Part shown: positions 16,909 through 26,961 of the stretch, piece by piece
How positions within the stretch are numbered: position 1 is the first letter of the stretch
Layout: each line of letters begins with the position of its first letter
Assembly (NCBI GenBank): GCA_963756875.1
Contig: CAVWPA010000003.1
Location: 1,056,001 to 1,120,000 of the forward strand
Length of the DNA: 64,000 nt
From: an uncultured Verrucomicrobiae bacterium
GTDB lineage: Bacteria > Verrucomicrobiota > Verrucomicrobiia > Chthoniobacterales > UBA10450
Direction of reading: 5' to 3'
Program-made: the position numbers and the translations under genes
Notes under the pieces: generated by a model
Databases searched by the model: none
Seen by the model: only the letters and a program-made list of their open reading frames with translations
Told to the model about the DNA's origin: nothing

Positions 16909-17925
16909 TTAACGCCCGCCGGTGTCGCGACGGAAGAACGTGACCGCTTTGGATACGTTCTTCATCATGGCCGATTCCGACCCGAGCCGCTCGATTCCGT
17001 GCAAATCGGCCAGGGAAGCCGCCGAAGTCATATCGCCGCGCCAGACCAGCGTGGAAGCTTTTCCATCCACAGTCACGGGCCACAATTGATAAAGCGTAAG
17101 GGCGACGTAGTACCCGCCGCTGGCATAATAAAGGGCATCTGCTGATTGCCGCGTTCCGTTCGCGCCAGCGCGACTGTAAGAGGCGCCCAGCGTGACTACG
17201 CCCTGATCGTCCACATCGAGCAGTTCCCAATAAAGTTCCGGCGTCAATGAGCCGGCGCCGCGACCAATCGCGGTCTTGGCAAGAAAACCGGAAAACTGTT
17301 TGCGAATCTTGTCCTGATTTTTCAACAGCGAGTTGAATTCCTCGCCCGGACGAATGGTCTCGCCGCTGTAATTGTAAGGCGGTTGCGCGGAAGTCCCGCC
17401 GGAGACGAAGCTTTTTGTTCGTGCAGTCAGCACATCGCTCCAAAAATTCACGACGGCTGCCGGCATGGTCTCGTTCCCGCCGCCTTCGCCGGAAAGTTTT
17501 TTCGCTTCTTCTTTGCTGATTTGCAGATCCGAGCTGAGTTTTTCTGTCGCGTTTACAAATGCGTGCACGGAGCCGTTGTCAGGCGCGTCCTTTAATCTGG
17601 AGAAGTCGGCCGCGGTCGGCGATGCGGAAAGATCGGAGTGCAGGAAGACCTTCAACTCTGAATGTTTGGTCGGGTTCCATTTTTGCTGCGCTTCGAGTTC
17701 TTTGTCGGGAGCGCGGGAGACGACGTAAACACTTTCCACGGAAAGAAAACGTCCGCCCATCGGCGGACCGTGCGCCGTTTTGACATCGCCCTTCGCTAAC
17801 TCGTTGATGTCGACATTGTCGAATACGGAAAAGCTGGCCAGTTCGGACACAGCATCGGCATGCGCGGCTATCGGGCCCGCGAGCAAGAGCACGAGTGGAA
17901 GTGACAACGGGAATAAATAGCGCAT
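16909..17925 (-). CDS. Exported hypothetical protein
   Basis: Signal peptide MRYLFPLSLPLVLLLAGPIAAHA; 4-bp gap to the downstream barrel gene. Confidence 0.75.
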   Translation of the reverse strand: MRYLFPLSLPLVLLLAGPIAAHADAVSELASFSVFDNVDINELAKGDVKTAHGPPMGGRFLSVESVYVVSRAPDKELEAQQKWNPTKHSELKVFLHSDLSASPTAADFSRLKDAPDNGSVHAFVNATEKLSSDLQISKEEAKKLSGEGGGNETMPAAVVNFWSDVLTARTKSFVSGGTSAQPPYNYSGETIRPGEEFNSLLKNQDKIRKQFSGFLAKTAIGRGAGSLTPELYWELLDVDDQGVVTLGASYSRAGANGTRQSADALYYASGGYYVALTLYQLWPVTVDGKASTLVWRGDMTSAASLADLHGIERLGSESAMMKNVSKAVTFFRRDTGGR

Positions 17926-18011
17926 GATTTGGAATCTAATTGGCAGACTAACTAATCGCTGGCGGCCCATGGTTGCAAATGCGATCACATCATCGCAATA
18001 GCTTTTAAGCC

Positions 18012-18956
18012 ATGGAACCAGTAATCGCGCTTGATCACCTGAGCAAAAGCTTCGGTAATGTCCACGCCGTCAAGGATGTCACCCTTGCAATCGCACCCGG
18101 GGCCATCTTTGGCTTTCTTGGCGCCAACGGCGCGGGCAAGACCACGACGATCCGGATGCTGTGCGGGCTGACGCATCCGACCAGTGGCAGGGCGGCGATC
18201 GCTGGAAATGATGTTTGGCATAATCGGAAGCTTGCGCGCACGAAATTTGGCTACGTTGCACAGCGCTTCAGCTTGTATCCCGATCTGACGGTCGAGGAAA
18301 ATTTTCGTTTTTTCGGCGGGGCCTGTCGCGTGCCGGCCAATGAATTGAACGAACGCCTCGCCCGTTTGCTGAACCTGACCGACCTTGAGGAAAAGCGCAG
18401 CACACCTGCCGGAAGTTTGTCCGGCGGAATGCGGCAGCTGCTTTCCCTCGGCTGCGCGCTGGTGCACGACCCGCCCTTGCTCTTTCTCGATGAACCGACT
18501 TCAGGTCTCGATCCGGTGCATCGGCAACAAATTTGGGACCTGCTCTACGACTTGAGCCATGCCGGGAAGACGATTTTTGTCACGACACATTACATGGATG
18601 AAGCCGAGCGCTGCACGGAAGTCGGTTTTCTGGAAAGCGGCCGGCTGCTGGCGAAAGCCTCCCCGCGCCATTTGAAAGCGAGCTTTCGAGCGAAGCTGCT
18701 GGAAATCGATGTCGATCCAGTCATGCCGGCACTGGTGCGATTGCGAAACGTCCCCGAAATTCTTGGAGTCTCGCTGCGCAGCGGCGCACTGCGGATCTAT
18801 TCCGCGGATTCCGAAAAGTTAATGGCAGACTGGCGAACGAACTGGCCTTACTCGGATTTGCGGTTGTCAGGCGGACGCTGGGTCGAGCCGGACATGGAAG
18901 ATGTTTTTACCGCCTATTCTCAGGGCTACGATTCCATGCTGAAAGGAGCCGCCTGA
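18012..18956 (+). CDS. ABC transporter ATP-binding protein (ABC-2/YbhF-like)
   Basis: Walker A GANGAGKTT, signature LSGG, Walker B LFLDEP, TTHYMDEAE. Confidence 0.95.
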   Translation: MEPVIALDHLSKSFGNVHAVKDVTLAIAPGAIFGFLGANGAGKTTTIRMLCGLTHPTSGRAAIAGNDVWHNRKLARTKFGYVAQRFSLYPDLTVEENFRFFGGACRVPANELNERLARLLNLTDLEEKRSTPAGSLSGGMRQLLSLGCALVHDPPLLFLDEPTSGLDPVHRQQIWDLLYDLSHAGKTIFVTTHYMDEAERCTEVGFLESGRLLAKASPRHLKASFRAKLLEIDVDPVMPALVRLRNVPEILGVSLRSGALRIYSADSEKLMADWRTNWPYSDLRLSGGRWVEPDMEDVFTAYSQGYDSMLKGAA

Positions 18957-18962
18957 TGAAGA

Positions 18963-19027
18963 CTGTAGTGGCAGCCGTGCCGGTTGCGGCTTGCGATATT
19001 CTGCAGGCGACACGCCCGCCGCTACAG
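18963..19027. repeat. GTAG-type REP doublet; near-identical family copy at 20737-20794
   Basis: TGTAGTGGCAGCCGTG.CGG.TGC...GCAGGCGACACGCC.GCC.CTACA in both copies. Confidence 0.85.
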
Positions 19028-19044
19028 AGGAAAGGATCGGCTTC

Positions 19045-20232
19045 ATGAAATCTGCTTCGCTTAACGCCATTTCCAGCGTCGCGTACAAGGAATTCCTTCA
19101 TATTTACCGGGACAAGCGCATTCTCATTTTGCTGCTTATTTTGCCGCCCCTTTTCACTTTGATTTTCGGCCACGCCTTTGAAGCCAACGAGTTGACCGGC
19201 GTGCCGGCGCTGTTGATCAATCGCGACAACACGCCGCTCACACAGCGTTTTATCGACATCGTCTCGAAGAACAAAACGTTCGATTGGCGCAGGATGCCGC
19301 CGGACATCACCAACGAATCCGATTTGCTCGGACATCATGTGCAGGCTGCGCTGGTCATCCCGTCCGGCTGGAGTGAGAGCTTGAGAAACGGCGATCCGAA
19401 GCCGCTCCCGCTTTACCTCGACGGGAGCGACACGAACACGGCGAACGAACTGGAGGGCAGCATCCGGGAGAGCCTCGGCGATTTCCAAATGAAAGAGCGC
19501 GATCGGATCGTCGAGGCGTTACCGGAGGAAGTGCTCGAGCTCGGGAAAAAACTGCCGCTCGCGGTGCGGAAACAATTCGTCTCGCTCATGACTGCGTGGG
19601 GCACCGCAAGCAAAATTCTCTATAACCCAAAAGAACGGTTCATCGATTACGTGGTGCCCGGGATCATCGGCCTCATTTTGCAATTGCTCACGGTGACATT
19701 GATGGCCTGCACCATTGCCCGCGAGCGCGAGGCCGGCACGCTATACCAATTGCTGGTCACCTCGCTCCAACGCCGCGAAATCGTGATCGGAAAAATTCTG
19801 CCTTACCTGGCAGTGTCCATCCTATTGATCGCCATGATCATGGCGCTGAGTGCCTGGCATTTTGGCGTCCGATTTTATCAACCTTCCGTTTTGGCGTTAA
19901 TCTGCCTGCTCTTCCTTCTCTGCTCGCTTGGTCTGGGTCTGCTCATTTCTGCTTTTTCGCGAACGCAAACGCAAGCGATTCAATTTTCCGTTTTCTTTTT
20001 GCTGCCGGTTTTCGTCTTGTCCGGCGCCTTCGCGCCGCTCCAGCAATTGCCGCAGGGGATTCGTTATATCTCGGAGATTTTTCCGCTTACGCATTTCTGT
20101 CGCGCCTTTCGGCTCGTGAACATGTATCACGCCGGCGCCTCGTTTTATGCTGTCGATCTTGTTGCGCTTTTGGCCGGTGCTTTCATCACTTTCATTGGCG
20201 CGGCGTTTCTGCTCAAGCGGATCGAAGAATAA
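19045..20232 (+). CDS. ABC-2 type permease (YbhR/S-like)
   Basis: N-terminal TM, periplasmic domain (LDGSD), LYNP, AREREAGT, IGKILPY, LSGAFAP, PLTHF. Confidence 0.92.
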   Translation: MKSASLNAISSVAYKEFLHIYRDKRILILLLILPPLFTLIFGHAFEANELTGVPALLINRDNTPLTQRFIDIVSKNKTFDWRRMPPDITNESDLLGHHVQAALVIPSGWSESLRNGDPKPLPLYLDGSDTNTANELEGSIRESLGDFQMKERDRIVEALPEEVLELGKKLPLAVRKQFVSLMTAWGTASKILYNPKERFIDYVVPGIIGLILQLLTVTLMACTIAREREAGTLYQLLVTSLQRREIVIGKILPYLAVSILLIAMIMALSAWHFGVRFYQPSVLALICLLFLLCSLGLGLLISAFSRTQTQAIQFSVFFLLPVFVLSGAFAPLQQLPQGIRYISEIFPLTHFCRAFRLVNMYHAGASFYAVDLVALLAGAFITFIGAAFLLKRIEE

Positions 20233-20318
20233 AAGATCGGTAACCAGGGTAAGATGGATGAAAGCGGCGGCAGTAGTTGTGGGCGAAAGCGATTCCTGAT
20301 TAGAGCGATTCAATCAAT

Positions 20319-20729
20319 ATGAGCAAACAACGGGCGCGATGGTGCTTAACGACCGCAATGTTAACGATATTTTGCCTGGGCACCGTTTGCGCAGCATCGG
20401 GGAGTGCCGACAACTCGGTTCCGCAGGATGTGTTTGATGGAATGCGCCGGAATTTTCGTGCCGGCAAGGCCCGGGGCGTGCACGCGCGCTATCAATGGGA
20501 ATTGAGCGGACCGAACGGTGGCGAATGGTGGATCGATGTGAACGACGGCACCTTCCGCATGGGCAGGGGAAGGATCAACAACCCAAGCGTCACATTTACT
20601 ACCAGCGACAGGGACTGGGTTGCCATGTCGAACGGAAAACTCAGCGGCACATGGGCGTTTCTAACCGGCCGGCTGAAAGTTAGAGGCGATCGGCGAGTGG
20701 CCCGAAAGCTCGACGAAATTTTCCCTTAG
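20319..20729 (+). CDS. SCP2 sterol/lipid-binding domain protein with signal peptide
   Basis: YQWELSGPNGGEWWIDVNDG...AFLTGRLKVRGD is an SCP2 signature; hydrophobic N-terminus. Confidence 0.85.
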   Translation: MSKQRARWCLTTAMLTIFCLGTVCAASGSADNSVPQDVFDGMRRNFRAGKARGVHARYQWELSGPNGGEWWIDVNDGTFRMGRGRINNPSVTFTTSDRDWVAMSNGKLSGTWAFLTGRLKVRGDRRVARKLDEIFP

Positions 20730-20832
20730 AAATTCTTGTAGTGGCAGCCGTGTCGGCTGCGTCCCTTCTTGCAGGCGACACGCCTGCCTCTACAGGTCAA
20801 ACAAAGAGGCTTTCGACAAAGCGCGATGCGTT

Positions 20833-21744
20833 TTAGAACCTTGCCTCGATCTGGACTTGGAAGTAGGGCGCCGGGTCCAGCTTCGCGCGGGTGCTGGCGC
20901 GAAAAAAGTCGAATTCGCGGAAGAAAGTATAGCCGGCACTGGCGATGATCCGAAACGGTTTTATTCCGGTGTATCTCGCCTGCAATCCAATCCGGTCCTC
21001 GTTGTATTGCACAACGGCATTGTGCAATTGCAATTTCTTTTCGGGAGTTACCACGTCATCGGTACGGAAGCTTTCGTAGAAGAGATCGCCTTGCAACCGG
21101 AGCTGCAAATCGTCGGTGGCGTCGTAAACCAGCGCAGGTTTTGGGAAAACAGCCAGGAGCCGCACCTTGTTTGTGAAAAGCCAGATGATGCCACCACCAG
21201 GAGCGATCGGCGGATTCTGGTAACGGCCCCAGCCCAGCCCGATGACAGCGAAAATCTCGTCCTTTTTGAGCGGGAAGGTCACGAAGGCCTTCCCCGGAAC
21301 GTCAATAGCATCGCCGGTAACTTTGTCCTGAAAGTAAACTCCCGGATCGAGTTCGATTCCAGCGGCGGCCTGATCGTGCACCACGTACTCGCAGGCTACG
21401 TGGCCATAGGCTGCCTGAAGGTGATCGGGGAGTCCATTGTTCGTGCCGCCGAAATCAAACCGCTCGTATTCGATGCCGGTGCGGAAGTACCAGTTGCCGG
21501 TAATGAGAAAGCGATGGTCGTAGGTGAAGTCGTCGTAGAGTGAGTCGCCATGACCGAGTTTGCCCCGGTCGTTTTTGAAATCGCTTTGCAGCGTATACAG
21601 AGTTTGGGTGGAAAAAAGATCGAGCGAAGTTTCTTTTGGCGCCGGATTTGGCGAAGGTTGCGGCGCTGCGTCTTCCATGGCGGTGCAAATGGAGGTAGCA
21701 GCAGCGAGAAGCAATCCGGCGAACAGAAATCGGAGTTTTTCCAT
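20833..21744 (-). CDS. Outer-membrane beta-barrel protein (DUF6268-like), paralog of 15993-16904
   Basis: Same length (303 aa) and shared motifs (ERFxFG, LPDxLQ, LHNAVVQY vs LNHAVLTY, GY...FDFFR, APY); terminal Phe. Confidence 0.65.
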   Translation of the reverse strand: MEKLRFLFAGLLLAAATSICTAMEDAAPQPSPNPAPKETSLDLFSTQTLYTLQSDFKNDRGKLGHGDSLYDDFTYDHRFLITGNWYFRTGIEYERFDFGGTNNGLPDHLQAAYGHVACEYVVHDQAAAGIELDPGVYFQDKVTGDAIDVPGKAFVTFPLKKDEIFAVIGLGWGRYQNPPIAPGGGIIWLFTNKVRLLAVFPKPALVYDATDDLQLRLQGDLFYESFRTDDVVTPEKKLQLHNAVVQYNEDRIGLQARYTGIKPFRIIASAGYTFFREFDFFRASTRAKLDPAPYFQVQIEARF

Positions 21745-21949
21745 ATCGTTAACGCTTGATGCCGATGAATCGCATCGGCGACACCGGATCGATGTATCGG
21801 ATTAGATGTGTTTCAGCAAGTGAATCCTTCTGAAATGATTTGTGAAGCATGGAACGACGTTGGCAAACGGTGCCGACAGAAACGTCGTTTGACTGTCTCG
21901 CGCGCTCGGAGGCGCTGTGCGATAAAGAGGTGACTGCTGATCCCAACGA

Positions 21950-22954
21950 ATGAAAGCGCCAGGAAAAATCCAGCTGACTCTTTATCTGCTTTTTTTCGCC
22001 GGGGCCGCTTTGTTTACCGGCCTACTGATTCGGGAAGGCGCCTCGCAAGTCGGCGCCGCACTTGTGGCCGCAGGGTGGGGAATTGCCGCAGTTGTGGCTT
22101 ACCACCTTGTTCCGCTTTTCTTCGATGCAGTTTCCTGGTGGGTGCTCTTGCCGTCATCCGACCGTCTGCCGCTGCGTAAATTTTTTTGGATGCGCTGGAT
22201 CGGCGAATCGGTGAGCACGCTGGTTCCTTCGGCCGCAGTCGGTGGCGACATTGTTCGCGCGCGCCTTGCGGCGATTGGGAGCGTGCCATTGCCGATGGCT
22301 GCGGGAAGCGTGCTGGTGGATGTCACGCTGGGTATTTTTATGCAGGCTGCATTCACATTATTCGGGCTGGTGCTGCTCGTGGGCGCGACCAGCCAGAGAA
22401 GTTTTGTCGGCCCGACTTTGCTCGGAACGCTCGCAGGTGTTCTGGCCGTTGGCGGCTTCTATTTCGTGCAACGGCTGGGCATGTTTCGTTTTCTGGGACG
22501 GATCGTCGCCCGTCTGGCACGCTCGCCGGAGTGGCAATCGCTCGTGCAGAGCGGCGAGGTTTTGGATCGAGCTGTCCGAACACTTTATCGGCACTGGCCC
22601 GCCGTGCTGTTGTGTTGCGTAACGACCATTGTTTCGCTCCTGGGCGGTTCGGGCGAAATCTGGATTGCGCTTCACGTCCTTGGTCTGCATGCAACAGTGG
22701 TTCACGCGCTCATCCTGCAAAGCATGGTGCTAACGGTCCGCTCGGTGGCCTTTCCCGTTCCCGGAGGCCTCGGTGTGCAGGAAGGCGGCTATCTTTTCGT
22801 TGGCAGCCTTCTCGGCATTCCCGGTCACGACGCTCTTGCTCTTTCTTTAATCGGGAGAGTGCGCGAGCTCGCTCTCGGCGTTCCCGGACTGGTTTGCTGG
22901 CAAGTGATTGAAGGGCGCCGCCTCTGGCGGGCCCGGGCGGGAGCGGCCGGTTAA
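21950..22954 (+). CDS. HpnL-like / lysylphosphatidylglycerol-synthase TM (flippase-like) membrane protein
   Basis: RWIGESVSTLVPSAAVGGD and FPVPGGLGVQEGG...RVREL motifs; about 8 TMs. Confidence 0.75.
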   Translation: MKAPGKIQLTLYLLFFAGAALFTGLLIREGASQVGAALVAAGWGIAAVVAYHLVPLFFDAVSWWVLLPSSDRLPLRKFFWMRWIGESVSTLVPSAAVGGDIVRARLAAIGSVPLPMAAGSVLVDVTLGIFMQAAFTLFGLVLLVGATSQRSFVGPTLLGTLAGVLAVGGFYFVQRLGMFRFLGRIVARLARSPEWQSLVQSGEVLDRAVRTLYRHWPAVLLCCVTTIVSLLGGSGEIWIALHVLGLHATVVHALILQSMVLTVRSVAFPVPGGLGVQEGGYLFVGSLLGIPGHDALALSLIGRVRELALGVPGLVCWQVIEGRRLWRARAGAAG

Positions 22955-23067
22955 GCAGTCAGCCCCGACTGCCTTTGGGAAAACTGGCCCCGGGGCGGCA
23001 AATCCTCCCGCCGAACGGCTGAGGCCTGAAAACTTCAGCCCATTTTCGGAGATGGATTGCGATTTTC

Positions 23068-23820
23068 CTACTGTCCCGAAAGCGAAATCGTTTCGCCGAC
23101 TTTCATTACACGCAGCTCGGCCTTTACGCCGCGCTCTTTTAATTCTCGATTGAACATGTCCGGTGTGCCGGTCAAAACGGGAAACGTTCCGTAATGCATG
23201 GGAATCACCGTGCGCGGGCCGACCAATTTCACCGCGTCGGCTGCTCGTCTCGGGTCCATCGTGAAATGGTCGCCGATACAAACCAGCATGACGTCGATCT
23301 TGTTGTAGCGGGAGACCAGCGCCATGTCCGAAAACAAATCGGTGTCGCCCGTATGATAAAATGTTGGCCCGCCACGAATCGCGATGATTAGGCCGCCTGG
23401 TGTCCCGCCGTAAATCGGCGCTGAGTTTTCATCCGTCACAACCCCAGCGCCGTGCCAAGCCGGCACAAAAGTGACCGATACTTCGTCCTCAAGCAGGTGA
23501 AGTGTCCCGCCGAAATGTCCGGTGGTTTCCGCGTCCGCCAGCTCGTTCGGATAGCCGAGCCCGTTTACCATCGCTGCTGACAAATCGAACGTTGCGACCA
23601 GTTTCGCGCCTGTCTTTTTTCCGATTTCCACCGCGTTGCCGACGTGATCGGAATGTCCATGCGTGATCAGGATCAGATCGACGCGTTTTAAGCGCGTGAT
23701 TTCGTCCTGGCCTTCCGCGTAAACTGGATTTGTAAGCCAGGGATCGACGAGTAAAACGTTGCCCGCCGGCGTAACAATTTTGAAACCCGATTGACCGTAC
23801 CAAGTGAGTTGCGTTTCCAT
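23068..23820 (-). CDS. Metallo-beta-lactamase-fold hydrolase (UPF0173-like)
   Basis: VDPWL, THGHSDH, YHTGDT, IPMHYGTF. Confidence 0.9.
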   Translation of the reverse strand: METQLTWYGQSGFKIVTPAGNVLLVDPWLTNPVYAEGQDEITRLKRVDLILITHGHSDHVGNAVEIGKKTGAKLVATFDLSAAMVNGLGYPNELADAETTGHFGGTLHLLEDEVSVTFVPAWHGAGVVTDENSAPIYGGTPGGLIIAIRGGPTFYHTGDTDLFSDMALVSRYNKIDVMLVCIGDHFTMDPRRAADAVKLVGPRTVIPMHYGTFPVLTGTPDMFNRELKERGVKAELRVMKVGETISLSGQ

Positions 23821-24057
23821 GCGAATCACCAAACCGAAAAGATCCCGTTCGGCAAGCGACATGACCAAAATCACGAAGCACGAATGGAGGTAATGACGAG
23901 GCCCGAATGACGAACGGCGAATTAACACAAAAGAGTGTTTCAGCAGCGCAACTTGACTGCTTTAAGCAGTCAAGCTAACGAGGGCCTTCACGGACTCTTG
24001 AGCTCTTTGTTTTTTTCGTCATTCGACATTTAAGATTCGTCACCTTAATTCTGGCCC

Positions 24058-24681
24058 GTGGCTCACGAACGCGCACACCGTCACATTGCGGCAACTCATC
24101 CGCGCCTCGCTGAGTTAATTGCGCGATCGCTCCGGTACAACATCACGCCGTCCGTCCCAGTAAGACCCTTCGATGCACTGGCCGAGTCGATTGTTTATCA
24201 ACAGCTTAGTGGCAAGGCGGCCGCAAAGATCTTCAGCCGGGTGCGCGCGCTTTATCCGAGAAGAAAATATCTCGACCCCCAACTCGTCCTGAGCACGTCC
24301 GACGAGAAGCTGCGCTCTGCGGGCCTGTCACGCAGCAAGACTGCCGCGCTCAAGGATCTCGCCGCGAAGACGCTCGATGGAACCGTGCCATCGGCAGGCG
24401 CGCTCGCCAAAATGTCCGATGAGGAGATTGTCGCGCGTTTAATCACTATCCGCGGCATCGGGCGCTGGACCGCTGAGATGCTTCTGCTCTTCGATCTCGG
24501 CCGGCTGGATGTCTGGCCGGTGGATGATTATGGAGTTCGCAAAGGCTTTGCGAAGACTTTCGGAAAACGAAAGTTGCCCACACCGAAGCAGCTTAAAAAG
24601 CTCGGTGAAAAATGGCGGCCTTATCGCTCAGTCGCCGCCTGGTATTTCTGGCGGGCGCTGGACAAAATGGATGCCCGTTAA
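24058..24681 (+). CDS. DNA-3-methyladenine glycosylase II (AlkA family)
   Basis: IVYQQLSGKAA, HhH motif IRGIGRWTAEM, PVDD, WRPYRS. Confidence 0.9.
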   Translation: MAHERAHRHIAATHPRLAELIARSLRYNITPSVPVRPFDALAESIVYQQLSGKAAAKIFSRVRALYPRRKYLDPQLVLSTSDEKLRSAGLSRSKTAALKDLAAKTLDGTVPSAGALAKMSDEEIVARLITIRGIGRWTAEMLLLFDLGRLDVWPVDDYGVRKGFAKTFGKRKLPTPKQLKKLGEKWRPYRSVAAWYFWRALDKMDAR

Positions 24682-24801
24682 GAGTTTCGGCTGGCGGGTG
24701 GATCGAGCAGTCTGTTGCTCGATGTTAGAAATGGCGACAAAGCCGCGATGATTTTAGCATCGCCCCACGGAACGGCCGATCCACCGGCCTTTTCCGAGCA
24801 A

Positions 24802-24830
24802 TTGACTTCGCCGGTTGAGTTTAATAAAAC
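24802..24830 (+). promoter_or_regulatory. Putative sigma70 promoter, near-leaderless transcript
   Basis: TTGACT-N17-TAAAAC ending 9 nt before the ATG at 24840. Confidence 0.4.
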
Positions 24831-24839
24831 GCCAATATT

Positions 24840-25736
24840 ATGGCAATGATCCACGTTAACCGGGGCGCAACCAGTCTGGGCGCATTTTCTGAAGAACAAG
24901 TCCGCGAAGGGCTTCGTGCCGGTCGTTTTCTCCCAAGCGATCTCGGTTGGCGCGAAGGTATGGCCAATTGGCAGCAGCTCTCGCAGTTTGCCGAATTTGC
25001 CGCCGAAACCGCTGCTGCGGCGGGTCAAGCACCGCCCCCTCAAACTCCGCCGACATCGACGGTCACGGCTGCCGGCGCTGGTCCGGCGCCTGAAACTCCT
25101 GCGCCACGCAGCGGGCTGCCATGGGACCAACGGCAATCAAAAGGGCTCTTTAGCGCGTTTATCGAGACGCTGCAGTTGGTTCTAAGCAAACCGACTGTCG
25201 CGTTCACCGTCATGAAGCGCGAAGGCGGTCTCGGCGAGCCGTTAATCTATGCGCTCATCGGCGGAAGTTTCGGCATGGTTTTTTACTGGATCTACAATCT
25301 TGTCTTTCAGTCGTTTGCTTTGTTTCAGCCGCGACACAATCCGCTGGCAGGCGTCTTTGCCGGTATCGGCTCGATTTTTCTTTTGATTCTGGTTCCGGTC
25401 TTCGTTGTCATCGGAGTGTTTATCATTTCGGCGATACTCCATCTCTGCCTGATGCTGGTCGGCGGCGCGAAACAGTCATTTGAAACAACGTTTCGTGTTA
25501 TTTGCTTTACGGGTGGCTCGATTAATCCGCTGTTGGTTATTCCTTTTTGCGGGGGACTCGTCGTAGGAATCTGGAAAATTGTTCTCTACTGTATCGGATT
25601 GGCGCGCGCGCATGAGACCGATACCGGTCGCGCGGTGCTCGCGGTATTGCTTCCATTGATCGTTTGCTGCGGCGGCATAGCCCTGCTGGCAATGATGTTC
25701 GGCATGCTCGGTGCCTGGGGCGCGTCACACCATTGA
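24840..25736 (+). CDS. GYF_2 (DUF4339) + Yip1-domain membrane protein
   Basis: GAFS..V...LGWREGMANWQQL GYF_2 pattern, Pro/Ala linker, LPW motif followed by a ~5-TM Yip1-like domain. Confidence 0.75.
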   Translation: MAMIHVNRGATSLGAFSEEQVREGLRAGRFLPSDLGWREGMANWQQLSQFAEFAAETAAAAGQAPPPQTPPTSTVTAAGAGPAPETPAPRSGLPWDQRQSKGLFSAFIETLQLVLSKPTVAFTVMKREGGLGEPLIYALIGGSFGMVFYWIYNLVFQSFALFQPRHNPLAGVFAGIGSIFLLILVPVFVVIGVFIISAILHLCLMLVGGAKQSFETTFRVICFTGGSINPLLVIPFCGGLVVGIWKIVLYCIGLARAHETDTGRAVLAVLLPLIVCCGGIALLAMMFGMLGAWGASHH

Positions 25737-25746
25737 AAAAGCATCG

Positions 25747-26169
25747 ATGGAACTTTCGCGTCGCCGTCTTGCGCCAGGCCAGCTCGACCACGAGCTGATC
25801 TGGCTGACGGTGTCGTTAGGTGGGCTAGCCTGTACCGTGGCCTGGCTCTTCCTCGGTTTGCCATGGCCGCGTTGCGCGTTTCACGATCTGACCGGGTTTC
25901 CCTGCGTGACCTGCGGCGCCACGCGGTGTGCCATTCAATTTTTTCACGGCAAATTTCTCGCGGCCTGGAATTGGAATCCGCTGGTGTTTGTGAGCTTGTG
26001 CGGATTATCGATCTTTGATGCTTATGCATTCGGCGTCCTGGCGACGCGGTCGCCACGCCTGCGAATCGGATTTCGGACGGAGCGGGCGAAGAAATACGGC
26101 CGATGGATTGTGATCGGGGCGCTGGCGATAAACTGGATCTATCTGCTCGCGCACTGGCGAATGTATTGA
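25747..26169 (+). CDS. DUF2752 family membrane protein
   Basis: CAFHDLTGFPCVTCGATR...A...NPL signature. Confidence 0.85.
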   Translation: MELSRRRLAPGQLDHELIWLTVSLGGLACTVAWLFLGLPWPRCAFHDLTGFPCVTCGATRCAIQFFHGKFLAAWNWNPLVFVSLCGLSIFDAYAFGVLATRSPRLRIGFRTERAKKYGRWIVIGALAINWIYLLAHWRMY

Positions 26170-26171
26170 TT

Positions 26172-26224
26172 GGTAGGGTCGGCGCGCTGCGCCGGCCGGA
26201 CGCCCCGGCGGGTGCGTCCCTACC
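26172..26224. repeat. GGTAGGG...CCCTACC REP family; copies at 28968-29021 and ~48723-48830
   Basis: GGTAGGG.CGGCGCGCTGCGCCG.CC...GTCCCTACC inverted termini. Confidence 0.8.
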
Positions 26225-26876
26225 TAAGCGGCGGCCGTCCCACGTCGTCATCCAGTGCTCCGCGATGCGCCTTGATGAACGCCGTCGGATTGAGCCAGCC
26301 GCGTATATCCTTGCGATAACCTGGCCCGACGAATGGCGTGATGAATTCGCGCATCTCGAAATGCAGATGCGCGAAGTAGCGACCATTCGCCGTCCCCACT
26401 GTGGCGATCTGTTGTCCCCGCTTCACATCGTCGCCGGCATGAACCAGCATCGTTTGGACGTGCCCGTAATACGATTGGACGTATTTGCGTCGCCCATGGT
26501 CGACGTAAGCGTGCAAAAGGATTATGACGTTGCCCCAGCCCGGGCCGCCCTCGCGCGCGAGTAATACACGCCCATCGGCGACCGAATAGATGGGGTCCCC
26601 AAAATCGCTGTTTTCGCCGCCGATTCCATTGAGGTCGTCACCCAGATGAAGATTTTGGGTAAATCGCTGTGCGTTGTAGCTCATCGCCCCGTTCTCGCTC
26701 CCGAGCGGGAAATCGAAACGCGTTGCCGTTGGAATCGAGGCCAGTTCAAGAGGAGAAGGGAAACGAAACGCGGGATCCACATATTTGGGCCGGGTCAATT
26801 CCGGGCATAGTTTCCACGCGATCGTCGCTGCCAATGATAGGACGAATGTCAACACAACCCACGACGCGAGTTTCAT
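26220..26876 (-). CDS. M23 family metallopeptidase
   Basis: HLGDD (HxxxD), YGH, HLHFE (HxH); N-terminal TM. Confidence 0.9.
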   Translation of the reverse strand: MKLASWVVLTFVLSLAATIAWKLCPELTRPKYVDPAFRFPSPLELASIPTATRFDFPLGSENGAMSYNAQRFTQNLHLGDDLNGIGGENSDFGDPIYSVADGRVLLAREGGPGWGNVIILLHAYVDHGRRKYVQSYYGHVQTMLVHAGDDVKRGQQIATVGTANGRYFAHLHFEMREFITPFVGPGYRKDIRGWLNPTAFIKAHRGALDDDVGRPPLR

Positions 26877-26961
26877 GTTCTAAGCCGTATAAGAATCGAA
26901 CCAGCAACTACGCTGAAATCTGTGTCGATCTGTGTTCATCTGTGGCTAATCTTAGAAGCCA

